Below, piece after piece: positions 18,538 to 28,889 of a stretch of DNA of 64,000 nucleotides; positions within the stretch are counted from its first letter, which is position 1, and each line of letters begins with the position of its first letter. The position numbers and the translations under genes were made by a program. The notes beneath the pieces were generated by a model that did not search any database, had not been told where the DNA came from, and saw only the letters and a program-made list of their open reading frames with translations. The stretch lies in the sequence record NC_048674.1. The stretch is one strand, 5' to 3'.

Positions 18538-19485
18538 ATGGCCGAACTTGTTATATCAAGTATTTCAAATGGTGGTATCAAGTCTAATAAATTATCAGAG
18601 AACTTTTCTGGATTAAATCAGATCAAGATATCCCCAAAAACAGACACTCAAAATAAAATTGCGTCTATCAACGGATACTCAATTAACCCAGTAGAAATAG
18701 ACGGTCTTGAGTGTATCAGTATAAACAACGATCTCAGTGTTGGAATCAGAGACGTTTTTAATTTTAAGAATTCAACTGACGTAAATCGGTTTGAAGGTTG
18801 GATCAATTCCATTGGTAGTGGGATTATTCTAATGATCTCTCATGGTGAAAACATAACAACTACATCAATCAACAACTATTTCAAAAAAATTGGATGTATT
18901 GGTTGGTCAAATCATTGGAATCCATCAACAAACACACAGAACACCCGATACGCTGCAATATATGACTGTGGTCTGAAAAAGATTATGGTGGAACAATTTG
19001 GGGTTAGTTCGCTTATAAATGTTTCTCTAGAAGTTGTTTTTGATACGTTCAATGATATTGGTGTTGTAGGATATGGAAACAATATCATCTCAGACCAACA
19101 GGAATATATAAACGAAAAATCAAAAACAGCGGAATTCAAAACATTCATGAATAAAACCCTTATATCTGATATGGTGGTTAACTGGGGCGAAACCCTTAGA
19201 TTCAGCCTTGAGACGTATAGGGACGACCTAGCGGCGGCGGCTGGTGAATCAATAAGACTATATTATATTGGATATAACGGAAATACTTCCGTNACTTCCG
19301 GATATGTNAGTTCTCTTGATACGTCTGGNCAGTGGGATTTTGTTTATAANGATTTTGTTGTTCCNACCACAATAGATAGNTTAACNGTATATGCNACGTC
19401 ATGGCCCGTTAAATCCCAATATATTGGTACTACTGGGGTTCGCACGGTATCCGTATTCAGGAAAAAACCGGTAGTTGTTAGTTAA
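18538..19485 (+). CDS. 35: long tail fibre hinge gp35
   Basis: YAAIYD..KKIMVEQ..LEVVFDTFNDIGVVGY matches recalled T4 gp35 YAAFYT..LDVVFDSLEDVGATGF. Start ATG 18538. Confidence 0.88.
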   Translation: MAELVISSISNGGIKSNKLSENFSGLNQIKISPKTDTQNKIASINGYSINPVEIDGLECISINNDLSVGIRDVFNFKNSTDVNRFEGWINSIGSGIILMISHGENITTTSINNYFKKIGCIGWSNHWNPSTNTQNTRYAAIYDCGLKKIMVEQFGVSSLINVSLEVVFDTFNDIGVVGYGNNIISDQQEYINEKSKTAEFKTFMNKTLISDMVVNWGETLRFSLETYRDDLAAAAGESIRLYYIGYNGNTSXTSGYXSSLDTSXQWDFVYXDFVVXTTIDXLXVYXTSWPVKSQYIGTTGVRTVSVFRKKPVVVS

Positions 19486-22321
19486 ATCCGGAACTGCTTC
19501 TTTTGGTCAATGGGGTTTTATTACAGAAGACGCGATAGAAACCAGTGGGGACATCGCAGGTAGAATTAAAGAGAAAAATATTACCGCATTTGAATATGGT
19601 AATTTAGAAAATGTCAGTTTTCCACACTTCACATATAATGACGGAAAATATATAAAAGACCCTAAATTGGTAGTTGGTAAGAAATTTTCTTATTTTATAT
19701 CAATGGTTTATACAGATACCAACGTACCTGTAAACCGGGTTGGATCTGGATCCGATGATACTATTTTCATTGGTATGACAACAAAGACTCATCCTACTGG
19801 TATGGGGCATATTGTTACTTATGCTGGAAAAACGATAACCACGAATGAAATAATTTCTTGTAATAAAGAATATTTGTATAAGTTGGAAATTGATAGCCCA
19901 AGTATGAAGTTTTATGTCAACGGGGTTTTAGTTGGAAGTACAACAATAGAAGACTTAGCAAGACGAGAGTTTGAAGAAATTCGAGTTGGTTCTGAAATGA
20001 GTGGGTATATCATATCTTCGGAGTATGAAGATTATGAGCTACCAAATAATTCAAGATATTATGAATATCCACAATCAGAAAAACTACCTTTTATTAAAGG
20101 GTCTTCTCCTGCTAGTGGTGTTTATTATTCCGGTTCCAATATCACACCGGATGCGGGTGGTGGTTGGCTATATTGCGGTATCGGAAGTCAACTAATCCCA
20201 GCAGGAATGAAAACCGGTTCTAAGGCTTATGTTACCATAGTTGAAAATAACGGGGCTACGTTGAATACCGGTATTGAAATGAACAAAAGATATGAGGTTA
20301 TTGCAGAAAGACAACCAGCGCAAGGACTACAACCTAGACACATGTTCTTCTTTAGAAAAGATGGTGTGAATTGGATATCTGCCGGTAATATGTCAAACCT
20401 TAAATTTGATGTCGATTGTTATACGGACCCAGACATAATTAGTGAAAAACCTACTATATCGTGGGTTAAAAACAACAAATACACCTTCAATTTCAATGGA
20501 GGTACGATGGTTGATATTCCACCAGTATATTTGATCAATAAATCTGGTTACGCAACGTTCAATTTCATTTTTGGATACACAGATTTCAATATGTACTTAC
20601 TGGATGGAAGAAGTTCTAATACCCAAGAGTTACAGGGTGGTTGGTTGTATATATCTAAACAGAAAACACTCGCATTTTCTTCTACATATATGTCCATTGT
20701 TCAATTGGACGGAAAGCCATATAACGGTGAAGCAATTACTCCTAATATTCCACATAGTATTGTTGTTGAACTGAAAAAAGGTTCGGTAATCAGAAATATT
20801 GGTGGTAGATATTCAAAAACTGAATGTTTGAATGGTCAAATATGGGACATTAATATTGTCGGGGATAATGATTCCAGAGCATATATAAACACGCAGGAAT
20901 CTAGATTTAACTACTACTCCACGGGTATAGAAGATCAGAATAATGCTGGTGTATTGGTATATGATACCGTTGATCTGTCTAAATGGAAAATGTCGGATGA
21001 ACTAAACTCACCGATTAGTGTGGTTAGCAACAACCGATTTAAATTTGTGAAAGATGTATCAGAAGGTGGGATGACATATCATCTTAACTTGCCAGCAAAG
21101 GGAAGATACAGAATAGAATATGATATTGATTGCCCAAGACCATTATTTCTTAAAGATGTATATGGGACAACAGTTGGTGTCGGTCAGATTCTAAAATCTT
21201 TACCATACGGTAGATTTAAAGGTGTTATTTATCATAACCACACAGAATCGTCTCATGATTCGGGTCTGTATATCTGTGTACCAAATGCAAGAAATGGGGA
21301 TGTGGTAACTGTCAGAAGCCTAGTAGCATATTCCACAAAAACGGATGCTATCGGCTATAACGTAGCTGGGGCTTCGTATTTCTTTAATACATTTGAAGAA
21401 CCTCAAATGATCGGGAATACAATGAGTTCTTGGGTTCCAAACCTATCAAATAACAACTACCTAAATATATTACCGGCGTGGTTACCACAAAAAGATTCAT
21501 GGAGACTGAGATTCGTTGGTGATAATTTCTCTAGTGGTTATTATCTAGATAATACGGATAAAACCCATGGTATATTCATCACTTTATCGTCAACCACTTT
21601 ACAGTTTGTTGTCAAAAACCGTGGTTCTAATATAAGCAATATTACCATTAACCATGGTATGACTGTTGGTAAGGAATTTGATATTGACATTCAATACAAT
21701 TTTCCAGACCTATATATCAGAACAAACTCTGTTATTAGCAATTCAACATATAATCATGTTGATGGGATATCTTCTGATATGTGTATGAGGAATTCATCCT
21801 GTATCATCAAACAAATTGATATGATAGAATCAACAAATACCGTATCTAGCTCACGAGTTTATAACTTAGTTGACAATGGATATATAATCCCAGAAAACGA
21901 TGTTATTCAAAATACTCTGACATTCAGAAAGAAGCTACGCTCTGTTCTTCTTAAAACTGGTAGTGGGGTTGTTGGATGGGATTCTGTGCTGGGTGATGTA
22001 GCAGGGAACGGTAGGTTGAAGGATGATATCTATATATACAATAATAGGATATCTAAAATTGTTAGTGGTGGTTCAACTCATAGTATGGTCATTGAGTTTG
22101 AAGGAAAAGTTACACCATATTCTCAGCTAGAAGTAACCTTAAAAATTGGTGGTATATTGCAAACTAAATATGCATATATAGGAACTGATAACTATGTTAT
22201 ATCGAAAGATATTGATGTAGATAACTGGTTAGAGCCATCTAGTCAATATAAAGTTATTGACATAAGACCAATTGGTCTGGTAGGTGTAAAACTACAGACA
22301 GTTAATTGGAAAAAGGTATAA
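19475..22321 (+). CDS. large tail-fibre-associated protein with beta-sandwich/lectin-like modules, possibly the C-terminal extension of gp35
   Basis: 948 aa, TTG start, LamG-like segments (KFYVNGVLVGS; GQIWDINI). Same operon as 35. Confidence 0.65.
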   Translation: MLVKSGTASFGQWGFITEDAIETSGDIAGRIKEKNITAFEYGNLENVSFPHFTYNDGKYIKDPKLVVGKKFSYFISMVYTDTNVPVNRVGSGSDDTIFIGMTTKTHPTGMGHIVTYAGKTITTNEIISCNKEYLYKLEIDSPSMKFYVNGVLVGSTTIEDLARREFEEIRVGSEMSGYIISSEYEDYELPNNSRYYEYPQSEKLPFIKGSSPASGVYYSGSNITPDAGGGWLYCGIGSQLIPAGMKTGSKAYVTIVENNGATLNTGIEMNKRYEVIAERQPAQGLQPRHMFFFRKDGVNWISAGNMSNLKFDVDCYTDPDIISEKPTISWVKNNKYTFNFNGGTMVDIPPVYLINKSGYATFNFIFGYTDFNMYLLDGRSSNTQELQGGWLYISKQKTLAFSSTYMSIVQLDGKPYNGEAITPNIPHSIVVELKKGSVIRNIGGRYSKTECLNGQIWDINIVGDNDSRAYINTQESRFNYYSTGIEDQNNAGVLVYDTVDLSKWKMSDELNSPISVVSNNRFKFVKDVSEGGMTYHLNLPAKGRYRIEYDIDCPRPLFLKDVYGTTVGVGQILKSLPYGRFKGVIYHNHTESSHDSGLYICVPNARNGDVVTVRSLVAYSTKTDAIGYNVAGASYFFNTFEEPQMIGNTMSSWVPNLSNNNYLNILPAWLPQKDSWRLRFVGDNFSSGYYLDNTDKTHGIFITLSSTTLQFVVKNRGSNISNITINHGMTVGKEFDIDIQYNFPDLYIRTNSVISNSTYNHVDGISSDMCMRNSSCIIKQIDMIESTNTVSSSRVYNLVDNGYIIPENDVIQNTLTFRKKLRSVLLKTGSGVVGWDSVLGDVAGNGRLKDDIYIYNNRISKIVSGGSTHSMVIEFEGKVTPYSQLEVTLKIGGILQTKYAYIGTDNYVISKDIDVDNWLEPSSQYKVIDIRPIGLVGVKLQTVNWKKV

Positions 22322-22324
22322 AAT

Positions 22325-22356
22325 GAAAAGCCTACCCTGTTTTGGGTAGGCTTTTC
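22325..22356 (+). terminator. terminator ending the tail fibre unit
   Basis: GAAAAGCCTACCC..GGGTAGGCTTTTC. Confidence 0.85.
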
Positions 22357-22485
22357 GTGTCTATGGATTAGTTTCAAGNGCAATCAGGNNGCTANNNNNT
22401 CTCNNTANGTTCGANNTNTATAGTTTACATTCTGTTTTGGATGTAGTACTATCTAGTAATCAACTAACCATAAGGATAATTTTTG

Positions 22486-22605
22486 ATGAACAGTAAAACT
22501 TTTTCAGTAACAATCCCACTGATCCCGTTCCCCTTTGACAAAAACCCATCTCTATCATATCTCTATGTTGAATGGGCTTTCGCTGTCTTGGCATCGCTTT
22601 ATTAA
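22486..22605 (+). CDS. candidate 39 aa small protein
   Basis: TTTACA-17-TACTAT promoter, SD TAAGGA, MNSKTFSVTIPLIPFPF..YVEWAFAVLASLY*. Confidence 0.4.
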   Translation: MNSKTFSVTIPLIPFPFDKNPSLSYLYVEWAFAVLASLY

Positions 22606-23504
22606 GCCTTAGACAATCTAATCCGGTAAGCTTCCCGGTCTTCTGCTGGGAAGTGTTCACACTCGGATTTGTCAACCTTTGCGGATTTCAACTCTGCTGT
22701 ACTGTAGTATGAAACTCCGTCTTTTACCCAACGTTGGGGTTCCCGTTGAATCTTCATGGTGTATGAACCTATGTTCAGAATTTCACCAGAGCGAAGCCGA
22801 CTAAGATCCCCTGCAACACATTCAAGTTTTTTTGAAACTTCGTATTGAGTTTTGAAATCACTGATGGTATATTCAGTTCCAGTTTCCTTACATTTGATTG
22901 TATAGGGAACCATTGGAATACTTTTACGATGATATTTTTCTGGTAAAGACGCGACAGACCAACCAGCTTTGATGTATTCTTTTGCTGATTGTTTGTCACA
23001 TATAACACTCCGGTCTCCACCACGGTAAACAATTACCTGTGGGATAGACTCATCATATTGCTCAATCGCAACGAGACGAGCAACGTCATCGTATACCTTT
23101 TTATCAAAACATGCCCCCGTAAACATGCCTTCAATTTGCTTGTTTAGGTATATATCGGAGGTTAACGCATTGAGCGAGAATTGGAGCATACATTCTAAAA
23201 GAAGTACTTTACCCCAAGAATCATAGGTGGCGAGGATCCTCATCTCTGAGATCTCTATACCTCTGGTTTCCAGTTCAACCACTTCGTTTGAACTGGACCT
23301 ATACGAGCGCCAATCAGATTCAATAAATTCTGTTTTACCCTGCCTCTTGTATGTGGATGGCGGGCGTTTTAGGTTTTTCCAAACCCGTTTCGCTCCAATG
23401 TATTTTTTACCATTGGAGAAAGTAATCATATACACAAAACCAAGAACCGTTTTTGGGTCAAACTGCTCGTCAGTTACCCAGTGACCATAGTTAATTTTTT
23501 CCAT
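22602..23504 (-). mobile_element. Seg-like GIY-YIG homing endonuclease
   Basis: GFVYMITFSNGKKYIGAK, Y..SS..V, L.LE..LQ. Free-standing and divergent from nrdA. Confidence 0.75.
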
Positions 23505-23579
23505 TTCAATTTCCTCTAATATCTAAAAGTATTTAGGGAAATGGTATAATAATGGAAAAACAAAGGAAGAGATAAATTG

Positions 23580-25829
23580 ATGATCAGTAAAGTTGTAAAA
23601 TCGAGCGGTATTACCGAAGAATTTAGCAAGGATAAGATTCTAAAAGTCATAGAATTTGCATGTGAGAATACAGAGGCAGACCCACAAGCTATTCTTGATG
23701 CTGCAATGTCATCCATTACAGATGGTATGAACACGAAGGATATCCAAAAGCAAGTTATTAAAGCTGCAACAAATATGATTTCCGTTGAAGAACCGGATTA
23801 TCAATATGTGGCAGGTCGTTTAACTATGTACACCCTTCGTAAGGATGTATATGGACAATTCGACCCAATTTCATTGTATGACCATATTTCTAAACTGGTT
23901 GATCTTGGATTTTATGATAAAGACCTTCTGAAACAATATTCCCCAGCAGATATCGAATATCTCAATCTTCATATTGACCATTCCCGAGATATGAATTTCA
24001 CATATGCCGGTGCAATGCAGTTAAAAGAAAAATACTTGGTTCGAAATCGAGTAACCAAGGAGATGTACGAAACTCCCCAATTCCTTTATATGGGAATTGC
24101 TATGGCACTGCATCAGAGTGAAAAAGAAAACCGACTTCAACACGTAATCAACTATTATAATGCGGCTTCTCTATTTAAGATTTCAATCCCAACCCCTATT
24201 TTGGGTGGTGCCCGCACCCCAACTCGCCAATTTAGTTCTTGTGTGAAAATTGAATCTGGTGATTCTCTGAAATCTATTAACGATACGTCCGCATCTATTA
24301 TTAGCTATATCAGTCAACGTGCTGGTATTGGTATTAATGCTGGTGCTATTCGTGCCGAGGGTTCACCCATTCGTAACGGTGAAGCAACCCATACCGGCGT
24401 AATCCCATTCTACAAGCACTTCCATACTGCGGTTAAGAGCTGTTCACAAGGTGCTCTACGTGGTGGCTCTGCTACTCTGAATTACCCTATGTGGCATTTG
24501 GAGGTTGAGAAACTGCTTGTATTGAAGAATAACAAGGGTACTGATGAAACCCGGATCCGGGGTCTTGATTACAGTGTGCATATCAACAAGCTGTTTCTAG
24601 AGAGATTGCGTGATGATGGGTATATCACCCTATTCAGCCCTGACGTTGATTGCGGTCGGTTGTATGAAGACTTCTATGATGCAGATGATACCAAATTTAG
24701 GAAACGTTATGCATCACTTGAGATGAACCACGTTATACGCAAGAAGCGTATTAAAGCATCTGAATTGTTTACTGCATTTGCGACAGAACGGGCTGGTACT
24801 GGTCGGATCTATTGCTTGTTTGTTGATAACATGAATAAACAGACCCCGTACAAAGAAAAGATCAAAATGTCAAATCTTTGTCAAGAGATTTTCTTACCAA
24901 CTTATGCTATGGGATCAAATCAGGAAGAAATCGCACTATGTACCCTCTCTGCTATTAACTTGGGTATGATTGAATCGACAGATGATTATCTCGAATTGGC
25001 AAGAATCGTCGTTCGTTCTCTCGATAATCTGTTGGACTATCAAGATTATCCAGTAAAACAAGCTCTTGCTGCAAAAAAACGTCGTGCTCTTGGTGTTGGT
25101 GTGGTAAACTTGGCATACTTCTTGGCGAAGAATTATGTTGGATACAACGATAAAGCCGCGCTTTCATTGGTACATGAGCATATTGAGGCTATGCAGTTCT
25201 CCTTGCTTCAAGCGTCTATGGAACTCGCTAAAGAGCGAGGTCGCAGTGAATGGCATGACCGAACCAAGTGGGCTGATGGTTTGCTTCCTATCGATTGGTA
25301 TAACAAGAATGTGGATGACCTAACCCCAAATGATCTAAAACAAGATTGGGAATGGTTGCGTGGTCAAATCCGAATGTATGGTCTTCGTAATGATACCGTA
25401 ACTGCACAAATGCCTGCTGAGAGTAGTTCACAGCTCCTAAATGCAACTAATGGTATCGAACCGGTGCGCTCTCTGGTGAGCGTAAAAGCTTCTAAAGACG
25501 GTTCGTTTAATCAGGTTGTTCCAGATGTAGAATTCCTTGCTGATGAATATGAACCTCTGTGGAAAATGGTTAATCGCGGTGGGATGACTGGTTATCTGTC
25601 TATATGTGCTGTCATCCAAAAATTCTTCGACCAAGGTATTAGTGCGAACACTAGTTATATCCCATCAAATTATGAAGACAACAAACTCCCTATTCACGTT
25701 ATTCTTCGTGATGTTGTCTTTGCTAATAAGTATGGAATGAAATCCCTTTACTATCATAATACTCGTGATGGTAGTGAAGAAGGGATTGAAGTAACCAAAG
25801 AAGCTGATTGTGCTGGTTGCAGTATTTAA
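23580..25829 (+). CDS. nrdA: aerobic ribonucleotide reductase alpha subunit
   Basis: ATP cone, PTPILGGARTPTRQFSSC, SNLCQEI, MPAESSSQ, C-terminal CAGCSI. Confidence 0.97.
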   Translation: MISKVVKSSGITEEFSKDKILKVIEFACENTEADPQAILDAAMSSITDGMNTKDIQKQVIKAATNMISVEEPDYQYVAGRLTMYTLRKDVYGQFDPISLYDHISKLVDLGFYDKDLLKQYSPADIEYLNLHIDHSRDMNFTYAGAMQLKEKYLVRNRVTKEMYETPQFLYMGIAMALHQSEKENRLQHVINYYNAASLFKISIPTPILGGARTPTRQFSSCVKIESGDSLKSINDTSASIISYISQRAGIGINAGAIRAEGSPIRNGEATHTGVIPFYKHFHTAVKSCSQGALRGGSATLNYPMWHLEVEKLLVLKNNKGTDETRIRGLDYSVHINKLFLERLRDDGYITLFSPDVDCGRLYEDFYDADDTKFRKRYASLEMNHVIRKKRIKASELFTAFATERAGTGRIYCLFVDNMNKQTPYKEKIKMSNLCQEIFLPTYAMGSNQEEIALCTLSAINLGMIESTDDYLELARIVVRSLDNLLDYQDYPVKQALAAKKRRALGVGVVNLAYFLAKNYVGYNDKAALSLVHEHIEAMQFSLLQASMELAKERGRSEWHDRTKWADGLLPIDWYNKNVDDLTPNDLKQDWEWLRGQIRMYGLRNDTVTAQMPAESSSQLLNATNGIEPVRSLVSVKASKDGSFNQVVPDVEFLADEYEPLWKMVNRGGMTGYLSICAVIQKFFDQGISANTSYIPSNYEDNKLPIHVILRDVVFANKYGMKSLYYHNTRDGSEEGIEVTKEADCAGCSI

Positions 25830-25836
25830 TTTTCGT

Positions 25837-25855
25837 AGGGGCGAAAGCCCCTTTT
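25837..25855 (+). terminator. GAAA-loop hairpin after nrdA
   Basis: AGGGGC-GAAA-GCCCCTTTT (same type at 44098-44112 after uvsX). Confidence 0.7.
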
Positions 25856-25871
25856 CTCCAAGGATTTAAAA

Positions 25872-26999
25872 ATGAGTTCAACTGTTTTCAATAAAGAAAT
25901 TATCGACCACACAAAACAATATATGTTCTTCGGTGAGTCTCCAAACGTACAACGATTTGATACCATGAACACCCGAACTTTCTATGAGTTGATGGATCGT
26001 CAATTAAGCCTGTTCTGGCGACCGACTGAGGTAGATCTTAGTAAAGATACTATTGAGTTTCAGCAATTATCTGACCATGCCAAACATGTTTTCACTCAGA
26101 ACCTGTTTGTTCAATCCCTACTAGACTCAATCCAAGGTCGTGGGCCTAATTTGGTATTGCTTCCTCACGTTAGTGATGTTACTCTAGAGAACTTCATTAC
26201 CGCTTGGACAATGACAGAAGGTAACCTTCATAGCGATTCATATACCCATATCGTTCGTGCCGTTTATACAGACCCAACCGTTGTTTTTGATGGTGTTATG
26301 TTGACCCCTCAGATCATGAAACGTGCTGAGTCTATTACCAAGTATTACGACGATGTTATAAAAGAATCCGATATGCTTACTGCAATGCGTATCATGAATA
26401 TGGATGAGGGTCTGCAAAAGCTACAACTGACTAAGCTTAAAGAAGCCCTTTATTTGTGTGTCCATACAATTAACGCACTTGAAGCCATTCGGTTCTATGT
26501 CAGTTTTGTCTGTAACTTCTCTTTCCCGGAATTCACTGGGATGATGGAAGGTAGTGCCAAGATCATGCGTCTAATCGCCCGTGACGAAGCAGTACACCTT
26601 AAGGCAACCCAGACTATCCTACATCGCTGGCAAAGCGGTAAAGACGACCCAGAGATGGTAGAAATCGCGAAACGGCTTGAACCTATTGCTGTTAAGATTT
26701 TTGAAGATGTGGTAGATCAAGAAAAAGAATGGGCTAATTACCTTTTTGGTGATAAGGCTCTTAATGGTCTTACTGCTAAAAATCTTTGCGATTATATCGA
26801 GTATCTTTCTGATAACCGAATGCGGGCGGCTGGTCTCCCTAGTTCGTATGCGAAGAGAAAGAACCCTCTGCCATGGGTAACTAAGTGGCTGAACTCTGAA
26901 TCTGTTCAGGTTGCCCCCCAAGAGGTGGAAGTGTCTGAATATCTGTCTGCGGTTGTTGCGGACTTGAGCAAAGAGAAACTAGCTTCTCTTGATGTATAA
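25872..26999 (+). CDS. nrdB: ribonucleotide reductase beta subunit, no intron
   Basis: FWRPTEV, LDSIQGRGP, E.LHSDSY, EAIRFYVSF, RDEAVH, VAPQEVE. Confidence 0.97.
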   Translation: MSSTVFNKEIIDHTKQYMFFGESPNVQRFDTMNTRTFYELMDRQLSLFWRPTEVDLSKDTIEFQQLSDHAKHVFTQNLFVQSLLDSIQGRGPNLVLLPHVSDVTLENFITAWTMTEGNLHSDSYTHIVRAVYTDPTVVFDGVMLTPQIMKRAESITKYYDDVIKESDMLTAMRIMNMDEGLQKLQLTKLKEALYLCVHTINALEAIRFYVSFVCNFSFPEFTGMMEGSAKIMRLIARDEAVHLKATQTILHRWQSGKDDPEMVEIAKRLEPIAVKIFEDVVDQEKEWANYLFGDKALNGLTAKNLCDYIEYLSDNRMRAAGLPSSYAKRKNPLPWVTKWLNSESVQVAPQEVEVSEYLSAVVADLSKEKLASLDV

Positions 27000-27005
27000 A
27001 TAGAT

Positions 27006-27035
27006 GAAAGGGAACCAAATCGGTTCCCTTTCTTG
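27006..27035 (+). terminator. terminator after nrdB
   Basis: GAAAGGGAACC-AAATC-GGTTCCCTTTC. Confidence 0.8.
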
Positions 27036-27059
27036 TTTTTAAAAGAAAAGGTATGTAAA

Positions 27060-28889
27060 ATGAATCTTTATAAAGAAGTAATGGAAATTGTTCACGATTC
27101 TTCGTCCGGTTTGGCTAAAGAAAATGCAAATAAAGATCTGAAAATATTCGTGACGAAGAGAGATGCGCTTGCTTCTGCTGTTAGTAAAGAATTTGCAAAA
27201 GAATTTATTCCGGTTGATGTTCTGGAAGCACACAATGAAGGTATCATCCACTATCATGATCTTGGATATAGTCCTCTCCTACCGTTCTTTAATTGTATGC
27301 TGATCAACGTAAAGGATATGTTCGACAAAGGGTTCACTATGTCTAGTGCTAAGATCAGTAAACCTAAGAACATTAAAACAGCAACTACCCTCATTTCTCA
27401 GATCATATGCTCTGTTGCTAATCACATATACGGTGGTAATACTGTCGCGGATATTGATATTCTCTTAGCTGAATATGTGAAAATGGATTATGACAAACTT
27501 TGTAACGAAGCTGATTATTATAAAATCCCAGACAAACATTCCTACGTAGAAAATAAAATCAGAAAGATTGTATATGATGCGATCCAAACACTGGAATATC
27601 AGATTAATTCATTAAGTACTTCACAGGGACAAACTCCGTTTACCACATTGTCTTTCGGATTGGGGGATACCCCAGAAGCAAAATTGATCCAAGAAACAAT
27701 TTTACAAGTTAGAATCGATGGTCTTGGTTCCGATAATGAAACTCCTGTATTTCCAAAGCTGGTATTCATCCTTAAAGATGGTCATAATCTTAAACCATCG
27801 GATCCTTTCTATGACGTCAAGCTGAAAGCCTTACTATGTTCCTCAAAAAGGATGTATCCGGATATCATCAGTTATGACCAAGTTGTAAAGGTTACTGGTG
27901 GACTGGTCTCCCCTATGGGATGTAGAAGTTACCTAAATCCATGGAAAAACGAGCATGGTGAATATGAATATAATGGTCGTCAAAATCTTGGAGTTGTAAC
28001 GCTGAACCTCCCTAGGATCGCCCTAGAAGTTGGTGGAGATAAGAAATTGTTCTTTGCCCTTCTTGAGGAACGAATGGAATTGGTGAAGAAAGCTCTTGTA
28101 TCGCGTATAGAGAGATTTAAAGGTGTTAAAGCATCGTGTGCCCCCATATTGTATATGAATGGTGCTGTAGCTCGTTTAAACGCAAATGATGAGATATATC
28201 CTCTTTTCCAAAACGGGCGTTCTTCCGTTTCCTGTGGGTATATTGGTTTGCATGAAGTAAGTGAGATTGTGAAATTCAATGATGATTCTCACATTTTCGG
28301 AAACGAAGAAAAGAAAGAATTTTGTATTTCTATTCTTCGAAAGATGAAATATATAACAGACCGGTGGACAGATGAAACGGGCTTTGCATTTTCATTATAT
28401 GGAACACCTTCCGAATCTCTTTGTAAGCGTTTCGTTGATATCGACGAAACGAAATATCCTCATATGGTTCATGAAAAAGGATATTACACGAATAGTTTCC
28501 ATCTTGACGTTGAGTATAAAACAGACCCATACCACAAGATCCTGTTTGAACGAGATTTCATTACATATTCGAAAGGTGGCTTTATTTCATATGGTGAATT
28601 CCCAAATATGAAAAATAACTTAAAGGCACTTGAAGATGTTTGGGATTTTGCGTATCAAAATACCCCGTATTATGGGACAAATACCCCAATCGACCAGTGT
28701 TTTGAATGTGGTTATCATGGGGAAATGGTTCCTACCTCCAAGGGTTATGAATGTCCATCATGTGGAAACCACGACGGTAGTAAATTGGATGTTAAGCGTA
28801 GAGTTTGTGGATATCTTGGTGATGTAGAAAAACGTCCGTTGAACGAAGGTAAACATAAAGAATCCATCAGAAGGGTAAAACATCTATGA
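27060..28889 (+). CDS. nrdD: anaerobic NTP reductase
   Basis: IHYHDL..FNC, QGQTPF, FPKLVF, MGCRS, CFECG..CPSCG, RRVCGYLG glycyl radical motif. Confidence 0.97.
   Translation: MNLYKEVMEIVHDSSSGLAKENANKDLKIFVTKRDALASAVSKEFAKEFIPVDVLEAHNEGIIHYHDLGYSPLLPFFNCMLINVKDMFDKGFTMSSAKISKPKNIKTATTLISQIICSVANHIYGGNTVADIDILLAEYVKMDYDKLCNEADYYKIPDKHSYVENKIRKIVYDAIQTLEYQINSLSTSQGQTPFTTLSFGLGDTPEAKLIQETILQVRIDGLGSDNETPVFPKLVFILKDGHNLKPSDPFYDVKLKALLCSSKRMYPDIISYDQVVKVTGGLVSPMGCRSYLNPWKNEHGEYEYNGRQNLGVVTLNLPRIALEVGGDKKLFFALLEERMELVKKALVSRIERFKGVKASCAPILYMNGAVARLNANDEIYPLFQNGRSSVSCGYIGLHEVSEIVKFNDDSHIFGNEEKKEFCISILRKMKYITDRWTDETGFAFSLYGTPSESLCKRFVDIDETKYPHMVHEKGYYTNSFHLDVEYKTDPYHKILFERDFITYSKGGFISYGEFPNMKNNLKALEDVWDFAYQNTPYYGTNTPIDQCFECGYHGEMVPTSKGYECPSCGNHDGSKLDVKRRVCGYLGDVEKRPLNEGKHKESIRRVKHL

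Noticed and set aside
19475-22321. Calling the 948 aa ORF gp37 or gp36
   Set aside because: No repeated G-x-H-x-H boxes, no gp36-like N-terminus and no chaperone gene downstream. The N-terminus looks more like the gp35 C-terminus.
25872-28889. Group I introns in nrdB or nrdD
   Set aside because: Both ORFs are continuous and of normal length.
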